Assembly (NCBI GenBank): GCA_038064195.1
Contig: JBBTTO010000002.1
Coordinates: 205,356-269,355 of the forward strand
Origin: Patescibacteria group bacterium
GTDB lineage: Bacteria > Patescibacteriota > Microgenomatia > Levybacterales > UBA12049
Direction: 5' to 3'
DNA: 64,000 nt
Below the pieces are notes generated by a model. The model saw nothing but the letters and a program-made list of their open reading frames with translations. It had not been told where the DNA came from and searched no databases. Position numbers and translations under genes: made by a program. Shown here piece after piece: positions 19,289 through 28,561 of this stretch. Every line of letters begins with the position of its first letter. Within the stretch, counting starts at the first letter, position 1.

Positions 19289-21071
19289 TATTAACAATCT
19301 CAAACAACAACCAACCAATATCCTTTTTCTGGGAAGCCATCCCGGTATCATCCAGTCTATTTTGGACTTTGATTACCTGGCAGGTAAATCCGAGCCCAGT
19401 GTAAAAGGAATTATCGCGGGTGGAAGAAGGTTTGAAAGGTTTTTTTTCGGAAAGAAAGAAATTCTTCTCCCTGTCTCCCCCACCGTCTCAGGGCTTTCTG
19501 AGTCAATACGATCAGAAATAACCTATTTTTTTAATACGACTTCAGGCAGGCGCGCGTTTTCATCAACGCAAGAAGCATTTGAAGTATTGCCTAAAGTACT
19601 GGGCGGAATTATTTTTGCTGAGGATGTGCCTGAGGAGCATGCAGCCAAGCTTTATCAGCTTGTTGAAGCTAAAAACAAATTTGTGATAGGGCCGGCCAGC
19701 GTCGGTCTGTTATTGCCTAATATTCTCAAATTAGGGGCAATCGGTGGGGTTGATACCAGACAACTCATTGCCTCAGATGTTTTTATACAGGGTAATGTGG
19801 CTGTTTTCTCGGCCTCCGGGGGAATGACTAATGAGATTATCAATATAGTCGCGAAGCAAGGAAGAAGGCTCAGTTTTGCCCTTTCCTTTGGAGGCGATCG
19901 TTTCCCGGTCCTTACACCCCAAAGCGCGTTTGAAATTGCAGAAAATGATCCGCAGACAGAAACGATTATTTATTTCGGTGAACTCGGGGGTACGGATGAA
20001 TATGATGTGGTAAGGCTTCTTAAAGAGAAGAAAGTAAACAAGCCGGTCCTGTGCTACATCGGAGGTGTGGTCGCAGACTTGTTTGAGACTCCTCCGCAAT
20101 TTGGTCATGCTAAGGCGTTAGCCGAAACAGGAGAGGAAACAGCACGCGCTAAACGAGATGCCTTACGGGAGGCAGGCGCGCAGGTAGCTGAGTCGTTTGG
20201 TGAATTTGTTGAACTGATTGGTAAGATCAAAACTCGTGATAAAATCAACACAAAGGATTATACTCTTCTTATGAAAGATCTTTCTGATCGACAGCATGCT
20301 TTGATTACCAGCAGTATTTCCAGTGATGAAAAAGGAGATGTCAAAATTCTGGGCGAGGATTTGCTGGAATTTGTCCAGGCGAGATCATTTGCTGGTATTG
20401 TCGCCTCATTGTTCTTAGGTAAAGCAAAAGTCAGTAAGGATCTTGAGGACTTTGTCGATTTTACCCTACGCCTCCTGGTCGATCACGGTCCGTATGTTTC
20501 AGGAGCTGTCAATACAATTATTACAGCGCGAGCAGGCAGAGACCTCTCATCTTCACTTGCAGCCGGACTTTTGACAATCGGACCTCGTTTTGGCGGAGCG
20601 ATTAATCAGGCGGCTATTAATTGGCTTGAGGGTGTAACGAAGGGTGTATCAGCCCACGATTTTGTCGAGGAATTCGCAATCCGTAAAGAGTATATATCCG
20701 GTATTGGACATCGTAAATACAGGGTCGATCTTCCCGATCCGCGAGTCAATAAGCTTCTCGAGTTCTCAGAAAGTCTTAAGGTCAAACGTTTTACATCGTT
20801 TGCAAAAGACGTTGCCGCAATCACCACGGCTAAGAAAGGTAATCTCATCTTAAACGTTGATGGGACAATTGCCGCTGTTTTACTTGATCTTTTATCTGAA
20901 AAAGAAGGTATGACAGATCAGGAACTGGATAAAATCACCCGGACAGAATTTTTTAATGCTCTTTTTGTTTTGTCACGCAGTGTCGGTTTTATTGCCCATT
21001 TTCTTGATCAGAAGAGGCTTGATGAGGGACTTTTTCGCCTTGGGGAAAAGCATGTCACAACCCTTGATTAA
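19281..21071 (+). CDS. ATP-citrate lyase subunit B-like (CoA-binding plus citrate-synthase-like domain)
   Basis: Start taken at the MLDINN Met, which overlaps the aclA-like stop. CoA-binding/SucD-like N-domain with the phosphohistidine-loop-like QFGHAKALAETGE. C-terminal GIGHRKYRVDLPDPRV resembles the citrate-synthase/ACL GHRxK..DPR motif. Confidence 0.75.
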   Translation: MLDINNLKQQPTNILFLGSHPGIIQSILDFDYLAGKSEPSVKGIIAGGRRFERFFFGKKEILLPVSPTVSGLSESIRSEITYFFNTTSGRRAFSSTQEAFEVLPKVLGGIIFAEDVPEEHAAKLYQLVEAKNKFVIGPASVGLLLPNILKLGAIGGVDTRQLIASDVFIQGNVAVFSASGGMTNEIINIVAKQGRRLSFALSFGGDRFPVLTPQSAFEIAENDPQTETIIYFGELGGTDEYDVVRLLKEKKVNKPVLCYIGGVVADLFETPPQFGHAKALAETGEETARAKRDALREAGAQVAESFGEFVELIGKIKTRDKINTKDYTLLMKDLSDRQHALITSSISSDEKGDVKILGEDLLEFVQARSFAGIVASLFLGKAKVSKDLEDFVDFTLRLLVDHGPYVSGAVNTIITARAGRDLSSSLAAGLLTIGPRFGGAINQAAINWLEGVTKGVSAHDFVEEFAIRKEYISGIGHRKYRVDLPDPRVNKLLEFSESLKVKRFTSFAKDVAAITTAKKGNLILNVDGTIAAVLLDLLSEKEGMTDQELDKITRTEFFNALFVLSRSVGFIAHFLDQKRLDEGLFRLGEKHVTTLD

Positions 21072-21511
21072 TAGATAAAGGGGATAAAGCGTTTGGTTTT
21101 TCTTTGATAATCCTCGTAACCCTTCTTAAAATACTTCACAAGGAGTGTTTCTTCATAGTTAGCTTTTATAAAGAGATCACATATAAGCAGAAGAGAAGCA
21201 AATATTCTAGGGAAAGAAGAATTATTGAAGAGAAGGCCAATCGCAACGAGTAAAACGGCTGTGTACATCGGATGACGGATGAACTCGTATGGTCCGTCAG
21301 TGACGAGATTGCTATCGGGAGCGACATCAGCAGTAATCTGAATAGTTGTAATCCGCATCGACCAAATTGCCCAGAGCCCAAGCAGTATACCCAGGAGCTC
21401 ACAAATTCCCGCAAGAGAACTAAGAGGAAGCACAGGCCCACTTAAGAAAAGATAGATAAGCAGCAGCGCTTGAAGGAGGACGAGGAAAAGGGATTTAGGG
21501 TTGCGGGACAT
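21068..21511 (-). CDS. isoprenylcysteine carboxyl methyltransferase / PEMT-family membrane methyltransferase
   Basis: About 4 TM segments. C-terminal FIRHPMYTAVLLVAIGLLF...EE..L motif typical of the ICMT/PEMT family. Confidence 0.7.
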   Translation of the reverse strand: MSRNPKSLFLVLLQALLLIYLFLSGPVLPLSSLAGICELLGILLGLWAIWSMRITTIQITADVAPDSNLVTDGPYEFIRHPMYTAVLLVAIGLLFNNSSFPRIFASLLLICDLFIKANYEETLLVKYFKKGYEDYQRKTKRFIPFIY

Positions 21512-21600
21512 ACCCTGATTATTACTCAGAGATAGATATTACGCAAGAGCAGGTATCTTTTTGTTGAGTTTTATAGCAAAATAGTATATAAAGGCTAGCT

Positions 21601-22254
21601 ATGAAAAGAGTAGTTGGCATATTCGCGCATCCTGATGATGAGGCTCTCGGTCCCTCAGGCACCTTAGCTCTTCTTGCCAAAGATCACGAGGTTTATCTTC
21701 TCTGTGTCACCAGTGGCGAGGCTGCAGGCAGGACCCCGGAGGAGAAGCGAGTTATTGGTGAGACACGCAGAAAGGAAGTAGTAGACTCTGCCAGGATCAT
21801 TGGGATTAAAGAAGTTTTCTTTCTCGGTTACGAAGATGGCTGTCTCTGTAATAGCGTGTATCATCAATTAGCCGGAGAGATTGGTAAAAAGATAGAAGAA
21901 CTTCGTCCTGAAGTGCTGCTTACCTTCGAGATTCGGGGAGTGTCAGGGCATATTGATCACATTACCACTTCTCTTGTGACGACATTTGTTTTTGGAAAGT
22001 ATTCGTTTATTAAAAAGCTTATGTACTATGTCACTACTAAAAAGGAGAGTGAGATGATGAAGGACTACTTTATCTATTTTCCTCAAGGGTTTGAACGCGA
22101 TGAGGTAGATGAAGTAATTGATATCTCTAGCGTATGGGATACAAAGATTAAGGCAATGCATGTCCATCAGTCACAGATTAATGATGTGGAGAGAATCCTG
22201 CGAAATAAATCTGGACTTCCCCGTGAAGAGTACTTCCTCGTTAAAACAAGGTAA
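21601..22254 (+). CDS. PIG-L/LmbE-family N-acetylglucosaminyl deacetylase
   Basis: VGIFAHPDDEALGPSGTL matches the zinc-binding HPDDE signature of LmbE/MshB/BshB-like deacetylases. Confidence 0.75.
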   Translation: MKRVVGIFAHPDDEALGPSGTLALLAKDHEVYLLCVTSGEAAGRTPEEKRVIGETRRKEVVDSARIIGIKEVFFLGYEDGCLCNSVYHQLAGEIGKKIEELRPEVLLTFEIRGVSGHIDHITTSLVTTFVFGKYSFIKKLMYYVTTKKESEMMKDYFIYFPQGFERDEVDEVIDISSVWDTKIKAMHVHQSQINDVERILRNKSGLPREEYFLVKTR

Positions 22255-22297
22255 CATCATACTACTGCCAAAATGAGAGGTATAATAGGAGGATCGT

Positions 22298-23386
22298 ATG
22301 AAAAAAATATTGGTGCTTCTCATCATAATAACCTTGGTTGCAACTTTTTATGTTGCTTTGAGAGCTTTTCGTACAAAACTCGATAGAGTTCTGTCTACAC
22401 AGCCTGTTCAAACATTTACTCAACCTACCCCTACTCCAACCAGTCCTGCAGCAAAGGAAATTGACCGGACACTCTTTGTTCCTTACTGGAGTTTAAAAAA
22501 TGCGTCTCCCCTTCCTCCTTATCACACTCTTGTTTATTTTGGTGTCCAAGTAGGAGAAAAGGGGCTTGATACGACAGATGACGGGTATAAAAATCTAGGT
22601 AGTTTTGTTCGTGATGCGGGCACGAGTGAGACTGTCTTGACTGTCCGTATGCTTGACAGTACGACTAACTTTGCCATTCTTAAAGATAAGGCTGTTCAGG
22701 AGTCACTTATCAAAGACTCAATTGCTTTAGCTCAGAAATATCATTTTAAAGGGATTTTGCTTGATATTGAGCTTTCGGCATTACCTTTCTCTTCCCTTGT
22801 TGATCAAATTGATATATTTAACACAAAATTTGCCAGGGCTAGTCACGCGAAGGGCTTTACGTATGCGGTGACTGCCTATGGAGATACTTTTTATCGCCTA
22901 CGTCCTTTTGATATCAAAAGACTTGCTCAGGACGTAGACGGGATGTATGTAATGGCCTATGATTTTTCCAAGGCAAAGGGGAATCCCGGTCCGAATTTCC
23001 CGTTATCAGGAAGTAGCACCTATGGCTATGACTATGAGCATATGCTTAATAATTTTGCGGATAGCGTCCCCCTTAAGAAATTGACGATTATTTTCGGAAT
23101 GTATGGGTATGACTGGGCAGTTGATGATCGCGGTATTGCTCAGGCAGTAGGAGAGGCTGTCGCTCTCAAAGATATAAAGGCCAACATTATTGATAGTTGT
23201 AAGCACTTAGAATGTAATTGGGAGAGAGACAGTGTTTCTGCTGAAACAAAGGCTATCTATAAGGATAGTGATACTGGTAAGCACACTGTCTGGTTTGAAG
23301 ACGAACAGTCGGTCAAGCGTAAAGAGGATTATCTTAAAAGTCATGGTGTAGGCTCTTTTGCCTACTGGGCATACTCATATTTCTGA
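22298..23386 (+). CDS. secreted TIM-barrel glycoside-hydrolase-like protein (GH18-like, catalytic motif incomplete)
   Basis: N-terminal signal/TM and a Pro/Thr linker. FKGILLDIE resembles the end of the GH18 DxxDxDxE motif but lacks the upstream Asp residues. Confidence 0.35.
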   Translation: MKKILVLLIIITLVATFYVALRAFRTKLDRVLSTQPVQTFTQPTPTPTSPAAKEIDRTLFVPYWSLKNASPLPPYHTLVYFGVQVGEKGLDTTDDGYKNLGSFVRDAGTSETVLTVRMLDSTTNFAILKDKAVQESLIKDSIALAQKYHFKGILLDIELSALPFSSLVDQIDIFNTKFARASHAKGFTYAVTAYGDTFYRLRPFDIKRLAQDVDGMYVMAYDFSKAKGNPGPNFPLSGSSTYGYDYEHMLNNFADSVPLKKLTIIFGMYGYDWAVDDRGIAQAVGEAVALKDIKANIIDSCKHLECNWERDSVSAETKAIYKDSDTGKHTVWFEDEQSVKRKEDYLKSHGVGSFAYWAYSYF

Positions 23387-23476
23387 TTGATTAATTCATC
23401 AAGGGGAGTTCTAGCTCAACCTTTTTAATAAAAATTCAGAGGTGAGTCAGCTTCAGGTTCTTGTCCATTTAGGGTA

Positions 23477-23505
23477 TTGACGCTCTGAGCTAAATGTAGT
23501 ATCAT
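23477..23505 (+). promoter_or_regulatory. sigma70-type promoter upstream of tuf (TTGACG-17 nt-TATCAT)
   Basis: ttgacgctctgagctaaatgtagtatcat read directly, about 55 nt upstream of the tuf ATG. Confidence 0.4.
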
Positions 23506-23560
23506 ACATCTAATCTCATTTAATGAATGAGGGTTCTTTTTTTCTTTAGGATTTTAAAAT

Positions 23561-24739
23561 ATGGCAGCATTTAATCGCAACAAACCACACGTTAATATCG
23601 GTACCATCGGTCATGTCGATCACGGTAAGACGACAACGACAGCAGCTATTGCTACTGTTTTGTCTAAGCATGGCGGTGGAGAAGCCAAAAAATACGAAGA
23701 TATTGATAACGCGCCAGAGGAAAAAGCTCGTGGTGTTACTATCAATATTTCCCACATCGAGTATGAGACTGAAAAGCGTCATTATGCTCACATCGATGCT
23801 CCGGGTCATGCGGATTATATCAAAAACATGATCACAGGTGCAGCTCAGATGGATGGAGCAATTCTCGTTGTATCAGCACCAGACGGTCCAATGCCTCAAA
23901 CCCGTGAACACATTCTTCTTGCCTATCAGGTCGGTGTCCCGGCAATCGTTGTCTACCTTAATAAGTGTGACATGGTTCAGGATGAAGAACTACTGGATCT
24001 TGTTGAGATGGAAGTTCGTGAGCTTTTGACCAAATACAAATATCCAGGAGACACTACTCCTATTATTCGCGGCTCATCCCTTAAAGCCCTTGAAGGTGAT
24101 CCGGTCTATGAAGAGAAGATCATGGAGCTTATGAAGACAGTGGATGACTATATCCCGACTCCAGAGCGTGATCTTGATAAACCATTCCTGATGCCTGTTG
24201 AGGATGTTTTCTCAATCAAAGGCCGAGGTACGGTTGTTACCGGCCGTGTTGAGCGCGGAGTTGTTAAAGTTAACGAGCCGATTGAGATTGTCGGTATGAA
24301 AGCTACAACTAGCTCAGTTGTAACAGGAGTTGAAATGTTCCGTAAACAGCTTGATCAGGGGCAAGCAGGAGATAATGTCGGGCTTCTTCTCCGCGGTGTT
24401 GAGAAAGAAGATGTAGAGCGTGGACAAGTCCTCGCTAAGCCGGGATCAATCACTCCTCATACAGAATTTGAAGCTGAAGCATATATTCTTACCAAAGAAG
24501 AGGGTGGTAGGCACACGCCTTTCTTTAAAGGCTATCGTCCTCAATTCTATATCCGCACAACTGATGTTACCGGTGAGACTGTTCTTCCTGACGGTGTGGA
24601 GATGGTTATGCCTGGAGATACTACCAAAATGACTGTAAAACTCATTGTTCCGGTTGCTCTTGAAGAAGGTGTCCGATTTGCTATCCGTGAGGGTGGTAGA
24701 ACAGTCGGAGCTGGTGTTATCACCAAAATCTTAAAATAA
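23561..24739 (+). CDS. tuf: elongation factor Tu
   Basis: [17 protein letters not shown] and NKCD GTPase motifs. 392 aa. Confidence 0.95.
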   Translation: MAAFNRNKPHVNIGTIGHVDHGKTTTTAAIATVLSKHGGGEAKKYEDIDNAPEEKARGVTINISHIEYETEKRHYAHIDAPGHADYIKNMITGAAQMDGAILVVSAPDGPMPQTREHILLAYQVGVPAIVVYLNKCDMVQDEELLDLVEMEVRELLTKYKYPGDTTPIIRGSSLKALEGDPVYEEKIMELMKTVDDYIPTPERDLDKPFLMPVEDVFSIKGRGTVVTGRVERGVVKVNEPIEIVGMKATTSSVVTGVEMFRKQLDQGQAGDNVGLLLRGVEKEDVERGQVLAKPGSITPHTEFEAEAYILTKEEGGRHTPFFKGYRPQFYIRTTDVTGETVLPDGVEMVMPGDTTKMTVKLIVPVALEEGVRFAIREGGRTVGAGVITKILK

Positions 24740-24799
24740 ATTGCCCGTCCGCCTTCGGCGAGATGAGGCTAGCACATTGACTGTCTGTTAGGAGGCTAT

Positions 24800-25108
24800 A
24801 TGCCAAAAGGAAGAATTCGTGTTCGCTTAAAGAGTTACGACGCGCGAGTCATTGACTCGACGTGTCAGCAGATTTTAGATACGGCAATAAGAACCGGAGC
24901 TAAGATTGTGGGACCTGTTCCTCTTCCTACCCAACGTAGTGTATACGCTGTTAACAAATCTCCATTTGTCGATAAGAATGCACGCGACCATTTTGAAATT
25001 AAGGTTCATAAACGGTTAATTGACATCATTTCTCCAACAGATAAAACGATTGACAGTCTTACCCACTTAGAGTTACCAGCAGGGGTAGACGTTGAGATTA
25101 AGATGTAG
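24800..25108 (+). CDS. rpsJ: 30S ribosomal protein S10
   Basis: MPKGRIRVRLKSYD...HKRLIDI matches the S10 signature. First gene of an S10-type operon. Confidence 0.95.
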   Translation: MPKGRIRVRLKSYDARVIDSTCQQILDTAIRTGAKIVGPVPLPTQRSVYAVNKSPFVDKNARDHFEIKVHKRLIDIISPTDKTIDSLTHLELPAGVDVEIKM

Positions 25109-25208
25109 TCTTCCTGACTACTTGAAGGATTGCATGCCCAAATTTACAGAAAGTATGAATAAGGTAGGAACAGCCTAACGGGGCCTAAGATTCGACTCTA
25201 TGAGAAGA

Positions 25209-25235
25209 GGTAGCCTAGGGGCTATCTTTTTTTTT
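25209..25235 (+). terminator. intrinsic-terminator-like hairpin (GGTAGCC-tagg-GGCTATC followed by T9) between rpsJ and rplC
   Basis: 7-bp stem with one G·U pair, then 9 consecutive T, read directly. A second hairpin CCGATT-aa-ATCGG follows at 25240-25253. Confidence 0.5.
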
Positions 25236-25267
25236 GATTCCGATTAAATCGGAGTTGCAATAAACAT

Positions 25268-26095
25268 ATGAATACATTATTTGGAAGAAAAATACAACAA
25301 ACACAGGGTTTTTTAGAGAACGGGGCTCGCATCCCGGTTACGGTTGTTGCGGCATCTGAAAATGTCGTCATGGGTTTTAAGACAGAGGACACAGACAAAT
25401 ATACAGCAATCAAAATGGGCTTTGGCAAAACAAAAAAATCTACCAAAGCCCTTCTCGGTGAAATGAGGAAAGCAAATATAACATCAGCGCCTCAGTTCAT
25501 GCGTGAGGTTAAGCTTGATGAAGCCTCAACGTTTGCTTTAGGCGCAACGGTTAAAGTAGATGAAGTCTTCAAACCGGGGGATATTGTTGATGTCACGGGA
25601 ATGTCTAAAGGGAAAGGTTTTGCCGGAGGCGTAAAGCGCTACGGCTTTAAAGGCGGACCAAAGACTCATGGTCAATCAGATAGACACCGTGCCCCCGGTT
25701 CGATCGGTTCAGGGACTACCCCAGGCCGTGTCTACAGGGGTAAAAGGATGGCAGGTAACATGGGTCGTGACAACGTCACAGTTAAAAACCTGGTCATTAT
25801 TAATGTTGATGCAGATTCCGGTAAGCTTTTTATTAAAGGACTTGTCCCCGGGATTCTCAACGGTATGATCACGATTACTAAAGTCGGAGAAGTAAACTCG
25901 AAAAAATTCGTACCTTTCTTTAAAATCGCGGAACCGGAAACAGCTGAAGAGAAAATTGTCGTTGAGGAGCAGCCGGCAGAAGTAGTAGTACGGGAAGCAG
26001 CCGCGGAACCGGAAAAAATTGAAGAATCACAAACAGAAAAGACAGAGGCGCCTATTGAGACAAAAGAGGAAAAGGAGACAACAGATGGCAACTAA
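25268..26095 (+). CDS. rplC: 50S ribosomal protein L3 with an acidic C-terminal extension
   Basis: L3 core (GFKTEDTDKYTAIKMGFG...GQSDRHRAPGSIGSGTTPGRVYRGKRMAG) plus an E/K-rich tail of about 60 aa. Confidence 0.9.
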   Translation: MNTLFGRKIQQTQGFLENGARIPVTVVAASENVVMGFKTEDTDKYTAIKMGFGKTKKSTKALLGEMRKANITSAPQFMREVKLDEASTFALGATVKVDEVFKPGDIVDVTGMSKGKGFAGGVKRYGFKGGPKTHGQSDRHRAPGSIGSGTTPGRVYRGKRMAGNMGRDNVTVKNLVIINVDADSGKLFIKGLVPGILNGMITITKVGEVNSKKFVPFFKIAEPETAEEKIVVEEQPAEVVVREAAAEPEKIEESQTEKTEAPIETKEEKETTDGN

Positions 26096-26852
26096 GAAAA
26101 TAAATGCAACATCTGTTACCAAAGAAGTAAAGGTGGTACGCACACATAAAACAATGACTGAGGTCAAAGCGGGATCTTCTATCGGAGCTAAAGTTCAGAC
26201 CAAGGGTCTCAAAGTAGATGTCTTTGATCTAACGGGAAAAGTTACAACGACTGTTACTCTCCCCGAGTCTTTGTTCGGAGCAAAGGTGAACAAGCCTCTC
26301 ATGGCTCAGGCCGTCAGAGTTTATCTAGCTAACCAACGTACCGGTACGCAGTCTACCAAGACACGCGGAGAAGTAGATGGTTCGACTCGTAAGATTTATC
26401 GTCAAAAAGGCACAGGTCGTGCCCGTCATGGCGGTATCCGGGCTCCTATCTTTGTCGGTGGAGGTATCGCACATGGCCCTAGGCCACATGATTTTACTCG
26501 TGATTTACCACAGAAAATGCGTCGGGCTGCTCTCTCGTCTGCTTTGACTGTCAAACAAGATAACGGCAAGGTAAAGATAGTTGATGGTTTGGAAAGTATT
26601 GAGCCTAAAACCAAACTCTTCGTCACCGCGCTCCAAAAGCTCAATCTGGATGAAAAAAATAAAAAAGTTTTGGTGGTTTTGCCCCGCAAAGTCGAAAATA
26701 TGCAGAGAGCTATACGAAACGTAGAGGGAATAACCTTTGTTTTGGCAAATCAACTCAATACGTATGAGGTCATGACAGCTAAGACATTATTAGTTATGAA
26801 ATCCTCGCTTGAGACGCTTGAAAAGACATTTGTTATGAAGGAGGATAAATAA
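26085..26852 (+). CDS. rplD: 50S ribosomal protein L4 (start taken at MATKK; the listed ORF extends further upstream in a basic-residue-rich frame)
   Basis: GTGRARHGGIRAPIFVGGGIAHGPRPHDF is the L4 signature. The MATKK start overlaps the rplC stop by about 10 nt. Confidence 0.85.
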   Translation: MATKKINATSVTKEVKVVRTHKTMTEVKAGSSIGAKVQTKGLKVDVFDLTGKVTTTVTLPESLFGAKVNKPLMAQAVRVYLANQRTGTQSTKTRGEVDGSTRKIYRQKGTGRARHGGIRAPIFVGGGIAHGPRPHDFTRDLPQKMRRAALSSALTVKQDNGKVKIVDGLESIEPKTKLFVTALQKLNLDEKNKKVLVVLPRKVENMQRAIRNVEGITFVLANQLNTYEVMTAKTLLVMKSSLETLEKTFVMKEDK

Positions 26853-27139
26853 TGCAGACTGTTATTATCTCCCCGCTTATTACTGAGCGATCTATGGCAC
26901 TTGTTAAGCAAGGTAAGTTCTCGTTCAAAGTTAGCAAAAATGCCAGCAAAGAGACTATTAAGAAGGCAATTAAAGACACCTTTAGTGTGGATGTAATATC
27001 AGTTGATACCGTGACTCAGAAAGGTAAAACACATCGTGTCGGAGTCAGACGTATGGAAAAAAGACTGGAGCCTGTCAAGAAAGCAGTGGTGACTTTAAAG
27101 TCAGGACAAAAGATTGACATTTTTGATCTTGGCGTATAA
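26852..27139 (+). CDS. rplW: 50S ribosomal protein L23
   Basis: 95 aa. ISPLITERS...KFSFKVSKNASKETIKKAIKDTF matches the L23 pattern. Confidence 0.9.
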   Translation: MQTVIISPLITERSMALVKQGKFSFKVSKNASKETIKKAIKDTFSVDVISVDTVTQKGKTHRVGVRRMEKRLEPVKKAVVTLKSGQKIDIFDLGV

Positions 27140-27186
27140 GATTGGCCTTTGGCAAATTCAGCCGTATGAATTAGCAATAAAATAAT

Positions 27187-27927
27187 ATGAATAAACTAAA
27201 AACAATAAAAAAGAAACATTCAGGACGGGATGCGTCAGGAAAGCTTGTGGTAAGGCATCAGGGCGGCCAGCACAAGCGTTATATTCGTCTGGTGGATTTT
27301 AAGCGTAACAAGTTTGATATTGAAGGTAAGGTAGTTGCAATCGAATATGATCCTAACCGTACCTGCGATATCGCGCTTATTCATTACACCGATGGAGATA
27401 AGAGATATATTTTAGCTCCGGAAGGACTTAAGGTCGGAGATAAAATAAAATCAGGAGTACAATCTGACGTAAAGGTAGGAAATGCACTCCCTATGGCCAA
27501 CATGCCTTTGGGAACAATTGTGCATAATGTTGAGTTGACACCAGGTCGTGGCGGGCAGATGGCCAGGGGCGCAGGTGCAGGAGCAATCGTTACCGCACGA
27601 GAGGCAGGCTATATCCATCTCAAGCTCCCTTCAGGCGAGGTACGAATGGTCAGTGAGGCTTCCTACGCAACAATCGGGCAAGTAGGGAATATTAATTTAA
27701 AAAATGAAGAATTAGGTAAAGCAGGTCGTTCCCGACATAAAGGTATCAGACCGACCGTCCGCGGAACAGCCCAGAATCCGCGTTCTCATCCTCACGGAGG
27801 AGGAGAGGGAAGATCAGGTATCGGTATGCCAAGTCCTAAAACCTACGCCGGGCGTAAAGCTGTCGGGAAGACACGACATCCGAAGAAATACTCTAATAAA
27901 TATATTTTACAAAGGAGAAAGAAATAA
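27187..27927 (+). CDS. rplB: 50S ribosomal protein L2 (N-terminally shortened, 246 aa)
   Basis: [20 protein letters not shown]...[32 protein letters not shown] and a C-terminal GGGEG match L2. An in-frame stop at 27178-27180 precludes a longer N-terminus. Confidence 0.9.
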   Translation: MNKLKTIKKKHSGRDASGKLVVRHQGGQHKRYIRLVDFKRNKFDIEGKVVAIEYDPNRTCDIALIHYTDGDKRYILAPEGLKVGDKIKSGVQSDVKVGNALPMANMPLGTIVHNVELTPGRGGQMARGAGAGAIVTAREAGYIHLKLPSGEVRMVSEASYATIGQVGNINLKNEELGKAGRSRHKGIRPTVRGTAQNPRSHPHGGGEGRSGIGMPSPKTYAGRKAVGKTRHPKKYSNKYILQRRKK

Positions 27928-27929
27928 TT

Positions 27930-28214
27930 ATGGCACGTTCACTAAAAAAAGGACCGTATATAGACGAAAAATTAATGAAGAAAGTCATGGCACAGAAGCA
28001 GGGTAGTAATCGTATTGCTATCAAGACCTGGGCTCGCGCATGTCAGATTCCGCCTGAATTTGTCGGGCATACTTTTGCAGTTCATAACGGTCGAATTTTT
28101 GTGAATGTCTTGGTCAGTGAGCCGATGGTAGGGCACCGTTTGGGAGAATTTTCTCCTACCCGTACCTTTAGAAGTCACGGTCGAGTTGTGGCGCGTGAGG
28201 TTTCAAAGACTTAA
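27930..28214 (+). CDS. rpsS: 30S ribosomal protein S19
   Basis: [15 protein letters not shown]...[10 protein letters not shown]. Confidence 0.95.
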   Translation: MARSLKKGPYIDEKLMKKVMAQKQGSNRIAIKTWARACQIPPEFVGHTFAVHNGRIFVNVLVSEPMVGHRLGEFSPTRTFRSHGRVVAREVSKT

Positions 28215-28222
28215 AAAATAAT

Positions 28223-28561
28223 ATGGAAATTACAGCAACAACAAATCAAGTTAGAATCAGTCCTCGTAAAGTACGCTTGGTTGCGGACAGTATCCGTAAT
28301 CTTTCACTTGATCAGGCTTTGGCTTCACTTCAGGTTACTCGTCAGCGAGGATCGTCAGTACTTGAAAAGACCATCAGGAGTGCAGTCGCAAATGCGTTGA
28401 ATAATGCTCAATTAGAGCGTTCAAACCTGAAGATCAGTGAAATTCTTGTCAGTGAAGGACCGGCTTTGAAGCGTTATCACGCCTCAACTCGGGGCAGAAT
28501 TCATCCTTACAAAAGGCGAAGCAGTAATGTCAGAATTACACTAACGGAGGTTAAAAACTAA
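28223..28561 (+). CDS. rplV: 50S ribosomal protein L22
   Basis: 112 aa. ...RISPRKVRLVADSIR... matches the L22 pattern. Operon position is correct. Confidence 0.9.
   Translation: MEITATTNQVRISPRKVRLVADSIRNLSLDQALASLQVTRQRGSSVLEKTIRSAVANALNNAQLERSNLKISEILVSEGPALKRYHASTRGRIHPYKRRSSNVRITLTEVKN

Noticed and set aside
23387-23560. Looked for tRNA genes upstream of tuf, where many bacteria have a tRNA-Thr/Tyr/Gly cluster
   Set aside because: No cloverleaf could be folded by hand. The region contains only the TTGACG-17-TATCAT promoter and an AT-rich leader.
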